A stretch of 64,000 nucleotides of DNA from Thermoplasmatales archaeon SW_10_69_26 (GCA_003009755.1 PXUB01000001.1:32001-96000); one strand, 5' to 3'. Positions 19,716 through 29,546 are shown, counted from the stretch's first letter. Notes: generated by a model not told the origin, from the letters alone. Made by a program: numbers and translations.

Positions 19716-21143
19716 CTAGGGTCGTCGGCGGGTTCGAGCCGGGGCGAGGGCGGCGAACACGGCGACGAGCAGCGCGAGCCCCGGGCCAGGCACGGACAGG
19801 AAGCCCCCGTCGTCGGTCTGGGTCTCGGTGGACGCGTTCAGGGGGGCGGGGAACGAGAGCGTCTTGACCTTCTGCTCGGGGTCGTCGCCGTCGATCGTGA
19901 CGCGCTCGTAGCCCAGCTCTTCGGTGCCCTCGGGCAGGTCGAGCGTGACCTCCTCGCCGGGGGCGATTTGGCGGTCGGGGGCGGGAACCGAGGTCTTGGC
20001 GGTCGCGTTGTCGCCCGTGCCGTTGTCGCTGGCGCCGGTGTCGGCGGTCCCCTCGTCGACGTTGGAGGCGGGCGTGGGGAGGGGCGTCAGGTTGTAGGCG
20101 GGGCCCCAGCCGTCGTTGAGCACGGTGACGCTGGTGCCGTTCACGTCCTCGAGGTGCAGGGCGCCGCCGAGGTGGTGGAGGTTGTCCCAGGTGAGCTCGT
20201 AGACGCCGAGCACCTCGTTGAGGCGGGCTTCGACCTCCTCGGTCGACGCGGGGGCGCTTTGCTCCTCGTCGACCTCGGGGAGCAGCGCCATCGCGGAGCG
20301 GTTGCCGTAGGCCCAGGCGTGGGCCTCGCCGGCGCCGCTGGGGTCGCGGTACTCGAGCCCGGTCTCGTTCTCGATGTTCGTGAGCCAGGTCTCGTAGGTG
20401 GGCCAGTCGGGGATCTCGCCGTCCTGGTCCTCGCTCCAGGGGAGCACGAGGTCGTAGGTGCCGGTGTGGCCGGTGAGGTAGGCGTAGAGGTTGAGGTCCC
20501 TCATCAGCTCCATGTTCGTCTGCGTCTCGGTCTCGCTGGCCGGCTCCTCGCCGCGGTAGTTGCCGGTGAACGGCTGGTCGCTGGTGCCGTACAGGCCCCA
20601 GTGGAAGGGGTAGTTGCGGTTGAGGTCGACGCCGTTCGTGTTCTCCCGCTGGTCGCGGGTGTACCCGTCCGGGTTCACGATCGGGTTGACGACCAGCCGC
20701 TTGTCCTCGAGGTACGAGGCGCCCTCCTCGGTGGCGTTCTCGAGGACGCGCGTGAGGAAGTAGTAGGCGGCCTCGGCGGAGAGGATCTCGTTGCCGTGGT
20801 GGGCGCCGTCGACGTACAGCGTCGGCAGCTGAGCCAGCTCCTCCTCGGAGCGGTCGGAGATGTTCGCGGCGACGTCGACGACGAAGATCTCCTGGTCGAG
20901 GGTGCTGGTGCCGACGCCGCGGAACTCGGCCGCGTCGTACTCCTCGGCCAGCGCCTGCATGTCCTGCTTCATCTCGTCGTAGGTGTGGTAGGCCTCGGGC
21001 TGGCCTTCGGTCACCTGAGCTTGGGCGCTGGGAGCCATCGCCATGCCGATCATGGCGAACTCGACCGTGAGCGCGAGAGCGAGCGCGACGCTGAGCGTAC
21101 GGCCTCCCCTGGTCATCGACGGTGCAGACGACGGGTCCGTCAT
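19716..21143 (-). CDS. Secreted M14 zinc carboxypeptidase with C-terminal sorting signal
   Basis: GAHHGNE, NPDG, RENTNGVDLNRNYP, SETET; VPGPG-TM-RRRP tail. Confidence 0.9.
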   Translation of the reverse strand: MTDPSSAPSMTRGGRTLSVALALALTVEFAMIGMAMAPSAQAQVTEGQPEAYHTYDEMKQDMQALAEEYDAAEFRGVGTSTLDQEIFVVDVAANISDRSEEELAQLPTLYVDGAHHGNEILSAEAAYYFLTRVLENATEEGASYLEDKRLVVNPIVNPDGYTRDQRENTNGVDLNRNYPFHWGLYGTSDQPFTGNYRGEEPASETETQTNMELMRDLNLYAYLTGHTGTYDLVLPWSEDQDGEIPDWPTYETWLTNIENETGLEYRDPSGAGEAHAWAYGNRSAMALLPEVDEEQSAPASTEEVEARLNEVLGVYELTWDNLHHLGGALHLEDVNGTSVTVLNDGWGPAYNLTPLPTPASNVDEGTADTGASDNGTGDNATAKTSVPAPDRQIAPGEEVTLDLPEGTEELGYERVTIDGDDPEQKVKTLSFPAPLNASTETQTDDGGFLSVPGPGLALLVAVFAALAPARTRRRP

Positions 21144-21165
21144 GAACCCTTGGGGGGCGCCCTCG

Positions 21166-21789
21166 TCAATCGGGGCGGGCCAAGGGGACGAAGGCGTCGT
21201 CGGCGAGGATCGCGTCGACGTTGTCCTCGGGGGATCGTGTCCCGTCGAGAACGAGGTGGGGACGGGTGCGGTCGCTGGGACGGGCCTGGCGGTCGCCCAG
21301 CGCCTCGAGGGCCTGCCGGGCGTCGGGGCCCATCCGGTCGGCGCGGTCGCCGAGCACGGTGTCGGGCGCGTGGACGAACGCGACGCGACCGGGAGCCTCG
21401 AACGCGTCGGCGATCGCGTAGGTGGCTTGCCGGTCGGATTTGCGGAGGTTCGTGGCGTCGTGGACGACGTGGAGGCCTCGCTCGAGGGCTTGCTCGACGA
21501 CGTGGCGGGCGGCCTCGTAGGTGGCGTGGTTCTCCTCGCCGTCGAAGGTCGACTGTTGGCGGCCCATCGCGTCGACGACGAGTCGGCGCAGCCGGTCGTT
21601 CTCGGCGTGGACGGCCTCGGTGGGGACGGCCCTCACGAGGTGCCGGGCCAGCGTGGTCTTGCCGACGAGCGGGACGCCGGCCATGAGCACGAGCGTGGGT
21701 TGGCTGGGACGGGGGCGAGGGTCGATCCCTGGGCGGACCTGGTCCCAGTAGCGTTCGGCGGCGACGCGGCTCGGTGTGGTCGTCCTCAG
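21166..21789 (-). CDS. AAA_33-like P-loop kinase
   Basis: MAGVPLVGKTT, HVVHDATN; start uncertain (possible CTG overlapping upstream TGA). Confidence 0.75.
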   Translation of the reverse strand: MRTTTPSRVAAERYWDQVRPGIDPRPRPSQPTLVLMAGVPLVGKTTLARHLVRAVPTEAVHAENDRLRRLVVDAMGRQQSTFDGEENHATYEAARHVVEQALERGLHVVHDATNLRKSDRQATYAIADAFEAPGRVAFVHAPDTVLGDRADRMGPDARQALEALGDRQARPSDRTRPHLVLDGTRSPEDNVDAILADDAFVPLARPD

Positions 21790-22541
21790 ATCGATTCCCC
21801 ACCGTCGGCGACGAAGACGGCGCCGGTCGTGTACGAGGTCTCCGGCGAGGCGAGGAACCGGACGAGCGGCGCGATCTCGTCGGGTTCGCCGAAGCGCCCC
21901 ATCGGGACCGTGGCCTCGAGCTGCGAGCGGATCTGCTCGTTGCCGCGGACGCCCTCGGTCATGTCGGTCTTCGTCCAGCCGGGCGCGACGGCGTTGACCC
22001 GGATCCCGTCGTCGGCCCACGCGGTCGCCAGATCGCGGGTGAGTTGGACGAGGCCGGCCTTGCTGACGGAGTAGGGCAGCATCCGCGCGGCGGCCTCCAT
22101 GCCGGCGATCGAGGCGACGTTCACGATCGCGCCGCCGTCGGCCAGCTCCTCGCGGGCAGCCTGCGCCAGGAAGAAGGGGGCCTCGAGGTTGACGTCGAGC
22201 AGCTGGTCCCACTCCGATCGGTCCAGATCCTCGGCGTCCTTCCACGGGGCCGGGAGGCCGGCGTTGTTGACGAGGACGTCGAGGCCGCCCAGCTCTTGGC
22301 AGGCCTCGTCGACGATGCGTTGGGGGGCCTCGGGCTCGGCGAGGTCGGCGGGGATGACGGTGGTCGAGCGGCCGCGCTCGGTGACCTGGGCGGCGGTCTC
22401 GCGCAGGTCCTTCTCGCTGCGCGCGGTCAAGGCCACGTCGGCACCGGCCTCGGCCAGCTCGTCGGCGATGGCTCGCCCGATGCCGCGTGAGGCGCCGGTG
22501 ACGAGCGCGCGCCGGTCGCGAAGGGGCGTGGCGTCGACCAT
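21786..22541 (-). CDS. SDR family NAD(P)-dependent oxidoreductase
   Basis: TGASRGIG, LVNNAG, YSVSK, NAVAPG. Confidence 0.93.
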   Translation of the reverse strand: MVDATPLRDRRALVTGASRGIGRAIADELAEAGADVALTARSEKDLRETAAQVTERGRSTTVIPADLAEPEAPQRIVDEACQELGGLDVLVNNAGLPAPWKDAEDLDRSEWDQLLDVNLEAPFFLAQAAREELADGGAIVNVASIAGMEAAARMLPYSVSKAGLVQLTRDLATAWADDGIRVNAVAPGWTKTDMTEGVRGNEQIRSQLEATVPMGRFGEPDEIAPLVRFLASPETSYTTGAVFVADGGESI

Positions 22542-22729
22542 CACCCCCGAATCGGCTCCCGGGTATAGAGGCCTTGGCGTCGGGTCGCCGAACGGTGACG
22601 CCGACGGCGGCGATCGGGGACCGAGACGGTCCCTCGCGCGCCGTCGCCCTCGGGTGTCTCCGGAGACGTGGGGAGTGATCCAGCGTCTCCCCGCAGCAAA
22701 CCTAACACTGGGCCCTCGGCTGGGTAACC

Positions 22730-23986
22730 ATGGACGTAGGACGCCTGGTTGGGATCGCCGTCGTCGGGATCGTGATCTTCTCCGCGGGGGCTCCCGGCAT
22801 CACGGCCGACCGGAACGTGGATCCCTCGGCCTTCGTCGGGCCGGAGGGCGAGCACCTGGCGGGAACGGAGCGCCTCGAGCCCTACCGAGGCGATATGCAC
22901 GCTCACACGGCCTTCTCGGACGGGGAGAGCCACCCGCGCGAGGCGTTCAACGACGCCAAGCAGGTCGAGTGGCTGGACTTCTGGACGCTCACCGACCACG
23001 CGAACCTGCTCACCAACCCGATCCCCGTCAACGACACCTGCCCGTCGACCAACCCCGACCAGGCCTCGGACGTCTGCTACATGTCCCCGGCGCCGGGTCG
23101 GACGGAATTCGCGGAGATGAAGCACCAGGCCCAGCGCTTCCAGGGCGAGGCCTTCGTCTCGCACGCCGGTTTCGAGTGGTCCAGCTTCATCGAGGGCCAC
23201 GTCAACGTCTACAACACGCAGGCGTGGACGGATGCCTTCCAGACCGGCCAGGCGCCGATGGATGGCCTGTACACGTGGCTGGAGGGCGAGAAGCTCGACG
23301 ACGACCGGTACGCGACCTTCAACCACCCCGGTCGCGAGCCCCTGACGTTCGACAACTTCAGCTACGAGCCGCGGATGGACGAGTTCTTCGTCAGCCTCGA
23401 GGCCTTCAACAAGGACGACGACTACACGGACACGTACCTCAAGGCGCTGGACAAGGGCTGGCACGTCGGCGCCCACGGTGTCTCCGACGGCCACGAGGAC
23501 GACGAGCGCGTGGACCCCGACCGGGGGCATAGCGTGTCCTTGATGACCGAGCTCAGCGAGCCCGCGCTGGATCGGTCTTTCCAGCAGCACCACACGGTGG
23601 GGATCCGCGGGATGGACCAGGATGCTCGCCTGTACGTCGACGACACCCTGATGGGCGAGGTCGTCCCGAACCCCGGCAGCACCGTCGAGGTCGAGGCCAC
23701 CGTGTACGATGCGGGGACCAACGGCCCGACGACGTTCGAGAAGCTCGAGCTGTTGGGCCCCCGAGGCTGGCACAAGACCCTCGACCTCGACGAGCACGAC
23801 CGCGGGTTCGAGCACGAGACCGTCGAGATCGACGTCGACGAGCTGGGGACGACCGATCTCGACGAGCGCTACATCACCCTGCGCGCCTACCAGGATTACG
23901 AGCAGGACGGCGACAGCGATCCGACCGTCATGACGAGCGCGGTCTGGCTGGGCAACCAGGGCGACAGCGGCCTTCCCGAACCCTGA
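22730..23986 (+). CDS. Secreted PHP-domain metallohydrolase (CehA/McbA-like)
   Basis: GDMHAHTAFSDG, TDH, GFEWS..GHVN, NHP, SDGH. Confidence 0.85.
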   Translation: MDVGRLVGIAVVGIVIFSAGAPGITADRNVDPSAFVGPEGEHLAGTERLEPYRGDMHAHTAFSDGESHPREAFNDAKQVEWLDFWTLTDHANLLTNPIPVNDTCPSTNPDQASDVCYMSPAPGRTEFAEMKHQAQRFQGEAFVSHAGFEWSSFIEGHVNVYNTQAWTDAFQTGQAPMDGLYTWLEGEKLDDDRYATFNHPGREPLTFDNFSYEPRMDEFFVSLEAFNKDDDYTDTYLKALDKGWHVGAHGVSDGHEDDERVDPDRGHSVSLMTELSEPALDRSFQQHHTVGIRGMDQDARLYVDDTLMGEVVPNPGSTVEVEATVYDAGTNGPTTFEKLELLGPRGWHKTLDLDEHDRGFEHETVEIDVDELGTTDLDERYITLRAYQDYEQDGDSDPTVMTSAVWLGNQGDSGLPEP

Positions 23987-24012
23987 ACAGATCCGAGCGG
24001 CGTGGACGGCCG

Positions 24013-24579
24013 ATGACCGGCCCCCTGGCTCGCGACCTGGCCGACCACGTACCGGCCGACGAGGTCGAGGCCGCCTCGCTCAAGCGCGTCCGCAACTACG
24101 TCGAGGACGCCGAAGCGCCGATGGACCGCGAGGACGCCTTCGGCCACGTCGTCGCCAGCGGGCTGGTCGCCTCGCCCGACCGCGAGCGGATCGTGTTGTT
24201 GCACCACCGCCAGTTGGGCATGTGGTTGCAGCCCGGCGGCCACGCCGAGCCCGGCGAGAGCCGGCCGCGGGCGGTCGCCGAGCGCGAGGCCCGCGAGGAG
24301 ACCGGGCTGGACCTCGAACCGCATCCCGATCGGCCGGGCCTGGTCGACGTGGACGCCCACCGCATCCCGGCCTCGGAGGCGATGCCCGAGCACTGGCACT
24401 TCGACCTGCGCTACGTGTTCCAGGCCGATCCCGGCGAGGAGCCGGTCGTGCCGGATGCGGAGGGCCACGAGGTGCGCTGGTTCACCGTGGACGAGGCGAT
24501 GGCCGAGCTGGAGCTGGACGAGGGGTTGCAGCGGTTGATCGGGAAGGTCGCTGAAGGCAGCCGATCGTCGCGGTCCTGA
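24013..24579 (+). CDS. NUDIX hydrolase
   Basis: WLQPGGHAEPGE...AEREAREETGL Nudix box; H.HFDLRY. Confidence 0.92.
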   Translation: MTGPLARDLADHVPADEVEAASLKRVRNYVEDAEAPMDREDAFGHVVASGLVASPDRERIVLLHHRQLGMWLQPGGHAEPGESRPRAVAEREAREETGLDLEPHPDRPGLVDVDAHRIPASEAMPEHWHFDLRYVFQADPGEEPVVPDAEGHEVRWFTVDEAMAELELDEGLQRLIGKVAEGSRSSRS

Positions 24580-24691
24580 GGCTCGGCCGACCAGGAAGCC
24601 TGAGGCGGGACGTTCGGTTGGGCAGGACAACGTCGCGTTCCCCGGCAATCTTTATGCATGCGCGGAGCGGTCCGGCCGCCGACACCGCCCG

Positions 24692-25699
24692 ATGCGCTGG
24701 ACCGCACCCCTCATCGCCTTGTTGCTGCTGACCACCACGTTCCCTGGCTTCACTCAGGCTGCCGGGGCCTCCGACGACTGCGGTCGCGTCGACGCGAGCG
24801 TCGAGGACGATACCTGCGGCAGCCTACTCAGCGCCAGCGTCGATGGAGACGCCGACGGTCGAGATTGCAACGGGGCGGCCGCCTGCATCACCGTCAGTGG
24901 CACGGGGAACGCCTCCAGCGAGGCAGGTGACGAAGCTTGCGAATCCGGCGACGTCGGGGAGGTATCGGCTGGCTGCATCACCGTGAGCGGAACCGGCGAT
25001 GCGAGCAACACCGGTCAGGACCGTTCCTGCGGTGCGGGGTTCCTCACCGTGGCAGCGGGCTGCATCGCGATCAGCGGCACTGGGAACGCGAGCAACGAGG
25101 CCGGCGACCGGTCCTGCGGCTCGGGAGTAGGCGTCCACGCGGGGTGCATCGCGGTCAGCGGTGCCGGGAACGCCTCCAACGGAGGCGATGATAGGTCCTG
25201 CGGGATCGGGGTCGTCGTGCCGAGCATCGGCTGCGTCGCCATCAGCGGCACCGGCGACGCAAGCAACGAAGCGGAGCGGGGTGCCTGCGGTCTCGGAGGC
25301 CAAGGAGCAGGGATCGGCTGCATCGCGATCAGCGGCACCGGCGACGCCGAGAACCGCGGCGACCGCGACTCCTGCGGCGTCGCCGTTGTGGTCGGGGCCG
25401 GGGTCGGATGCGTCGCGATCAGCGCAACCGGCAACGCATCGAACGAAGCGGGGGACTACGCGTGCGGCTACAGCCGGGGCGCCGTGGCGGCCGGATGCGT
25501 CGCGATCAGCGCAACCGGTAATGCATCGAACGCGGCAGGCCACACGTCGTGCGGGCACGCGGATCCGTACTACTCCGTTCCGTTCCGCATCGCTGCGGTC
25601 GGCTGCTCGGCGGCACCGGGCCCGGACCCGACCCCAGAAGCGATGGGCCCGCTCGGGGTCACCCTCGACGATCTTCTCTCGACGTCTCTCGAGGGCTGA
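24692..25699 (+). CDS. Secreted Cys-rich tandem repeat protein
   Basis: Signal peptide; 8 repeats of GC[IV][AT][IV]S[GA][TA]G[ND]A..x6C at 28-30 aa period. Confidence 0.8.
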   Translation: MRWTAPLIALLLLTTTFPGFTQAAGASDDCGRVDASVEDDTCGSLLSASVDGDADGRDCNGAAACITVSGTGNASSEAGDEACESGDVGEVSAGCITVSGTGDASNTGQDRSCGAGFLTVAAGCIAISGTGNASNEAGDRSCGSGVGVHAGCIAVSGAGNASNGGDDRSCGIGVVVPSIGCVAISGTGDASNEAERGACGLGGQGAGIGCIAISGTGDAENRGDRDSCGVAVVVGAGVGCVAISATGNASNEAGDYACGYSRGAVAAGCVAISATGNASNAAGHTSCGHADPYYSVPFRIAAVGCSAAPGPDPTPEAMGPLGVTLDDLLSTSLEG

Positions 25700-25728
25700 C
25701 AAAGGGATCCGCCGGCTGCTTCGACGCC

Positions 25729-26703
25729 TCACACCCGCGCCAGCAGCACGCGGATCGCCTCGTCGACGTCCTCGTCCTCCTCGGTGACCTGGTAGACGGC
25801 CTGCGTGAGCGCCAGGTCCAGGCCCTCGTCCTCGGCGGCACGGTGGAAGGCCTGGGCCGCGGGCACGCCCTCGACGACCTTGCCGCCCAGGGATTCGATC
25901 GCCTCGTCGACGGTCGTGCCCTCGCCGACGCGGCGGCCGAAGGTGCGGTTGCGGGAGTGGTCGCTGCCGGCGGTCGCGATCAGGTCGCCGACGCCGGCGA
26001 GCCCGTAGGCGGTGCGGCGTTCGCCGCCGAGCTCGGGCAACAGGCGGGCCATCTCGTTGAGGCCGAGCGTGATGAGGGCCGAGGTGGTGTTGTCGCCGTA
26101 GCCGAGCCCCTTGCTCATGCCGGTCCCGATCGCGATGACGTTCTTGTAGGCGCCGCACAGCTCGACGCCGGTGCGGTCGGTGTGGGCGTAGGCCTTGAAC
26201 GTGGGCGTCGAGATCGCGGTGACGACCTTGCGGGCCAGCGCCTCGTCGGGATGGGCCACGATCGTGCCGGTCGGCTGGTCGCGGGAGACCTCCTCGGCGT
26301 GGTTGGGGCCGGAGAGCGCGACGGTGTCGTGGCCGGTCTCCTCCTCGATGACCGCGGCCATCGTCTGGTGGGTCTCGTAGGCCAGGCCCTTGGTGGCGGA
26401 GACGATCGTGGCGTCGTCGGCGAGCAGGTCGGCGTAGCGGGCCGCCAGCTCGCGCGTGGCGTGCGAGGGGACGGCGTGGATGACGATCTCGGCGTCCTCA
26501 AGGCACGTGGCGAGGTCGTTGGTGACCTCGAGCGCTCGGGGTAGCACGACGCCGGGCAGGTACTTCTCGTTCTCGCGGTCGGTCTGGATGCGCTGGGCGC
26601 GCTCCTTGCCGCGAACCCACAGGTGGGTGTCGACGCCGCGCAGCGAGGTGACGCGGGCCAGCGTGGTGCCCCAGGCACCGGCGCCGACGACGCCGACCTT
26701 CAT
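25729..26703 (-). CDS. gpsA: NAD(P)H-dependent glycerol-3-phosphate dehydrogenase
   Basis: GAGAWG, ATKGL, LSGPNHAEE, CGAYKNVIAI, GLAGVGDLIAT..S..SRN, VEGV. Confidence 0.93.
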   Translation of the reverse strand: MKVGVVGAGAWGTTLARVTSLRGVDTHLWVRGKERAQRIQTDRENEKYLPGVVLPRALEVTNDLATCLEDAEIVIHAVPSHATRELAARYADLLADDATIVSATKGLAYETHQTMAAVIEEETGHDTVALSGPNHAEEVSRDQPTGTIVAHPDEALARKVVTAISTPTFKAYAHTDRTGVELCGAYKNVIAIGTGMSKGLGYGDNTTSALITLGLNEMARLLPELGGERRTAYGLAGVGDLIATAGSDHSRNRTFGRRVGEGTTVDEAIESLGGKVVEGVPAAQAFHRAAEDEGLDLALTQAVYQVTEEDEDVDEAIRVLLARV

Positions 26704-27392
26704 GCGGTCGCCTCCTCGTCGTCGCGGTGCTCGGCGGGCACGTAGTCGGGGTTGCGCTGGTACTCGTGGACGTACTCCTGCCCGCTGAGGGCCTGGATGG
26801 CCTCCATGATCTCGTCGGTGACCTCGCGGCAGGTGTCGTAGTCGTCCTGTTGGCCGTGGCGGTCCTCGAAGGTGAGCGGCTCGCCGAAGGCCACCTCCAC
26901 GTCGGGGAAGCGGGGCAGCTTTTGGCCTTTCGGCATGGCCTCGTAGGTGCCCTCGACGCCGACCGGGACGACGGGCACGCCGACACCGAGCGCGAGCCGT
27001 GCGACGCCCGTGTGGCCTTTGTGCAGGCGGCCGTCGAGCGAGCGGGTGCCCTCGGGGTAGATGCAGAACAGCTTGCCGTCCTCGAGGACTTGGACGGCGC
27101 GGTCGAGGGCCTCGTCGTCGCCCTTGCCGCGTTCGATCGGGATCACGCCCCACTGCTCGAACAGCCACGCCTTCAGGGGAGCCTCGAAGTGCTCGACCTT
27201 CGAGATGAAGGACACCGGTCGGTCGATGACCGCCGGCTTGACGAAGTGATCCAGGAACGAGAGGTGGTTGCTCGCGAGGATCGCGGCGCCCTCGCCGGGG
27301 ATGTGCTCGCGCCCGGAGGCCTCGATGCTCCAGGCGCCGCGGATGAGGGGGCCGAGGGTGGCGTGGCTGAGCTTGTAGAAGCGCTCGCCCAT
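26700..27392 (-). CDS. plsC: 1-acyl-sn-glycerol-3-phosphate acyltransferase family
   Basis: SNHLSFLD (HX4D), YPEGTRS, VVPVGV; ATGA overlap with gpsA. Confidence 0.88.
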   Translation of the reverse strand: MGERFYKLSHATLGPLIRGAWSIEASGREHIPGEGAAILASNHLSFLDHFVKPAVIDRPVSFISKVEHFEAPLKAWLFEQWGVIPIERGKGDDEALDRAVQVLEDGKLFCIYPEGTRSLDGRLHKGHTGVARLALGVGVPVVPVGVEGTYEAMPKGQKLPRFPDVEVAFGEPLTFEDRHGQQDDYDTCREVTDEIMEAIQALSGQEYVHEYQRNPDYVPAEHRDDEEATA

Positions 27393-27540
27393 GCGTGGCC
27401 CAAGCAAGCACCGAGGGAGCTTAAAACCCGCTGGCGGGAACCGCCTTTTCGGCCGCCGCGAGGGGTCGGCTCGGGCCGCGGGCGGCCTTTCGAAGGCGAA
27501 AAGGCTTTCGTGGCCAGGAACGTCGTTGGTTCCGGTACCC

Positions 27541-27774
27541 ATGGCCATCGGCTTCGTCCTCATCAGCACCGAGCCCGGGCACGAGAAGGAGGTCTACAAC
27601 GCGCTCCTCCGACTCAACCAGGTTCAGGAGCTGCACCCCCTGTTCGGCGAGTACGATCTCATCGTCAAGCTGGAAGCCCAGGACTTCGACTCCCTGGGCC
27701 ACCTCGTCGTCGAGAAGGTCCGTTCGATCGACGGCGTCAAGGAGACCAAGACCCTGACGGGGACGAAGTTCTAG
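27541..27774 (+). CDS. Stand-alone Lrp/AsnC ligand-binding domain protein
   Basis: FVLIST.PG.E, LFGEYDLIVK, VRSIDGV..TKTL. Confidence 0.88.
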   Translation: MAIGFVLISTEPGHEKEVYNALLRLNQVQELHPLFGEYDLIVKLEAQDFDSLGHLVVEKVRSIDGVKETKTLTGTKF

Positions 27775-27795
27775 CCCGGCGAGGTCGTCGACCCC

Positions 27796-27975
27796 CGAGG
27801 GGCCTGCTCCAGGGGCTGTCGCGAGCACAGCTGGGTCGTGGACGATCACCTCGTCCACGCCGGGCTCCCGTTCGGAGTGGGCGCCTTCGGCCTGGGCCGC
27901 ATCCTCGGCCTCGACCGCCGCCGGAAGGAGAGAGCTCGTCGACAGCAACCCTGGCGTCGCTACCTGCGCGGGTGA
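27796..27975 (+). pseudogene. C-terminal remnant of a haloarchaeal-type DoxX protein
   Basis: WVVDDHLVHAGLPFGVGAFGLGRILGLD...PWRRYLRG*; no start codon. Confidence 0.55.
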
Positions 27976-28121
27976 CCGCCCGGGCGACCGCGACAGCGAC
28001 CTCGGTCTCGGCCCGAAGGTCGAGGGACGCGGGTCTGCCCGGCAACCTTCGCTGGTCCCGTCACGTGCTCGGTGAGCAGCCAGCCCTGGCTGCGTACCTG
28101 TTGGGGTGAGCCAAGCGAGCC

Positions 28122-28454
28122 TCAGCGGGCCTCGGTGTCGCCGTCGCGGGTGCCGTCCCCACCGGGGATCTCGTCGTCCTCGACGAGGTCGATCTCCTCG
28201 AGGTCGACGACCTGGAACAGGTCGCAGATCAGGCAACCGGACGTGACGAGGGCGACCGGGACGTCGGCGTCGCCGCGCTCGATCACGTCGATCGTCGGAT
28301 GCCCGCACGTCGAGCAGGATCCAGCAGCCTCCACCTCGAACTCGTCCCCGATCTGGGGCCACTCGGCCGTGGACAGCAGCGCCCGGGCCCGGTCGGGGTT
28401 GCGGTTCATTCGGTCGATCGTGGCCCGGGCCCAACCCGGGATCTCGTCAGCCAT
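28122..28454 (-). CDS. Hypothetical protein with CxxC..CxxC motifs
   Basis: CSTC and CLIC; acidic tail. Confidence 0.6.
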   Translation of the reverse strand: MADEIPGWARATIDRMNRNPDRARALLSTAEWPQIGDEFEVEAAGSCSTCGHPTIDVIERGDADVPVALVTSGCLICDLFQVVDLEEIDLVEDDEIPGGDGTRDGDTEAR

Positions 28455-28482
28455 CGCAACCCGGCCATGGCGAGGGGTGTAC

Positions 28483-29511
28483 CTAACTCTGGGGGGTCGC
28501 CGGATCGAACGCTTCGGCCAGCCGGGCCTTGAGCGCGTCGATCACGGAGACCGGTTCGGGATCGGTGCCCTCGCGGCGCGCCAGGTGCAGACTGACGAGG
28601 TCACCGAGGAGGATCGCCTCGAGCGCGGCCCCGATGTCCGACCCCTCGACGCGGGCCTCGACGACGGGGGCGCCGGCGTCGCTGGCGCGTTCGGCGAAGA
28701 AGCGGGTGCGGGCGCGCTCGAGCGGCTCCTCGTCCTCGCGGCCGACGACGACGAGCGTCGCGTCGCCGGGGTCGCCGTCCCAGCCGACGATCTGGTTGTG
28801 GGCGGCCTCGGGCAGGGTGGCGTGGAAGCCCAGGCGTTTGCCGTTCTCGGCGACCTCGCCGGCCCAGCGGCGGGCGACGACGCCGAACACGTCGTGGCCG
28901 ACGACGCCGACGGGGCCGTCGCCGAGCTGGCCGGCGATCTCGTCGGCGCGGCCGCCCTCGCGCGCAAGCTCGTCGACCTTGTCGCTCAGGCGCTGGGCGG
29001 TCGAGCGCACCCGATCGAGGTCGTCGACGCCCAGGATGCGCGACAGCGCGGCGTGGTTGGCGCCCCACAGCCAGCCGACGGCGGCGCGGGGCTGGTAGCC
29101 GGCGGGCACAGAGACCGTGGCCGCGCCCACCTCGTCGGCGACGTCGCCGAGCTCGCCGCCGGTCGTGATCGCGACGAGGTCGGCACCGCGGTCGGCGCAG
29201 GCGCGGGCGGCGTCGACGGTCTCGGCGGTGTCGCCGGAGTAGGAGGTGGCGACGACGAGCGTGTCCTCGTCGACGAAGCCCGGCGGCTCGTGGTCGCGGA
29301 GGACGTGGATCGGGACGTCCACGCGGTCCTCCAGGAGGGCGGCGGCCAGGGCCCCGCCGAACGACGATCCACCCATCCCGCAGACGACGACCGACGTGTG
29401 GGGACCGGTGGGCAGATCGGCCGCTTCGGCGGCCGAAACGGCCGCCTCCACGTGGTCGGGCATCTCGCGGGTGGCCGTCATCATCGCATCCAGCGCCATG
29501 AGCGCGCCCAT
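28483..29511 (-). CDS. Bifunctional phosphoglucose/phosphomannose isomerase (SIS)
   Basis: CGMGGS, SYSGDTAET, TTGG, QPRAA, ENGK, PEAAHN. Confidence 0.88.
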   Translation of the reverse strand: MGALMALDAMMTATREMPDHVEAAVSAAEAADLPTGPHTSVVVCGMGGSSFGGALAAALLEDRVDVPIHVLRDHEPPGFVDEDTLVVATSYSGDTAETVDAARACADRGADLVAITTGGELGDVADEVGAATVSVPAGYQPRAAVGWLWGANHAALSRILGVDDLDRVRSTAQRLSDKVDELAREGGRADEIAGQLGDGPVGVVGHDVFGVVARRWAGEVAENGKRLGFHATLPEAAHNQIVGWDGDPGDATLVVVGREDEEPLERARTRFFAERASDAGAPVVEARVEGSDIGAALEAILLGDLVSLHLARREGTDPEPVSVIDALKARLAEAFDPATPQS

Positions 29512-29546
29512 GGAGCCCCCCGCCCTTAGGATGCTCGGCCAACATG

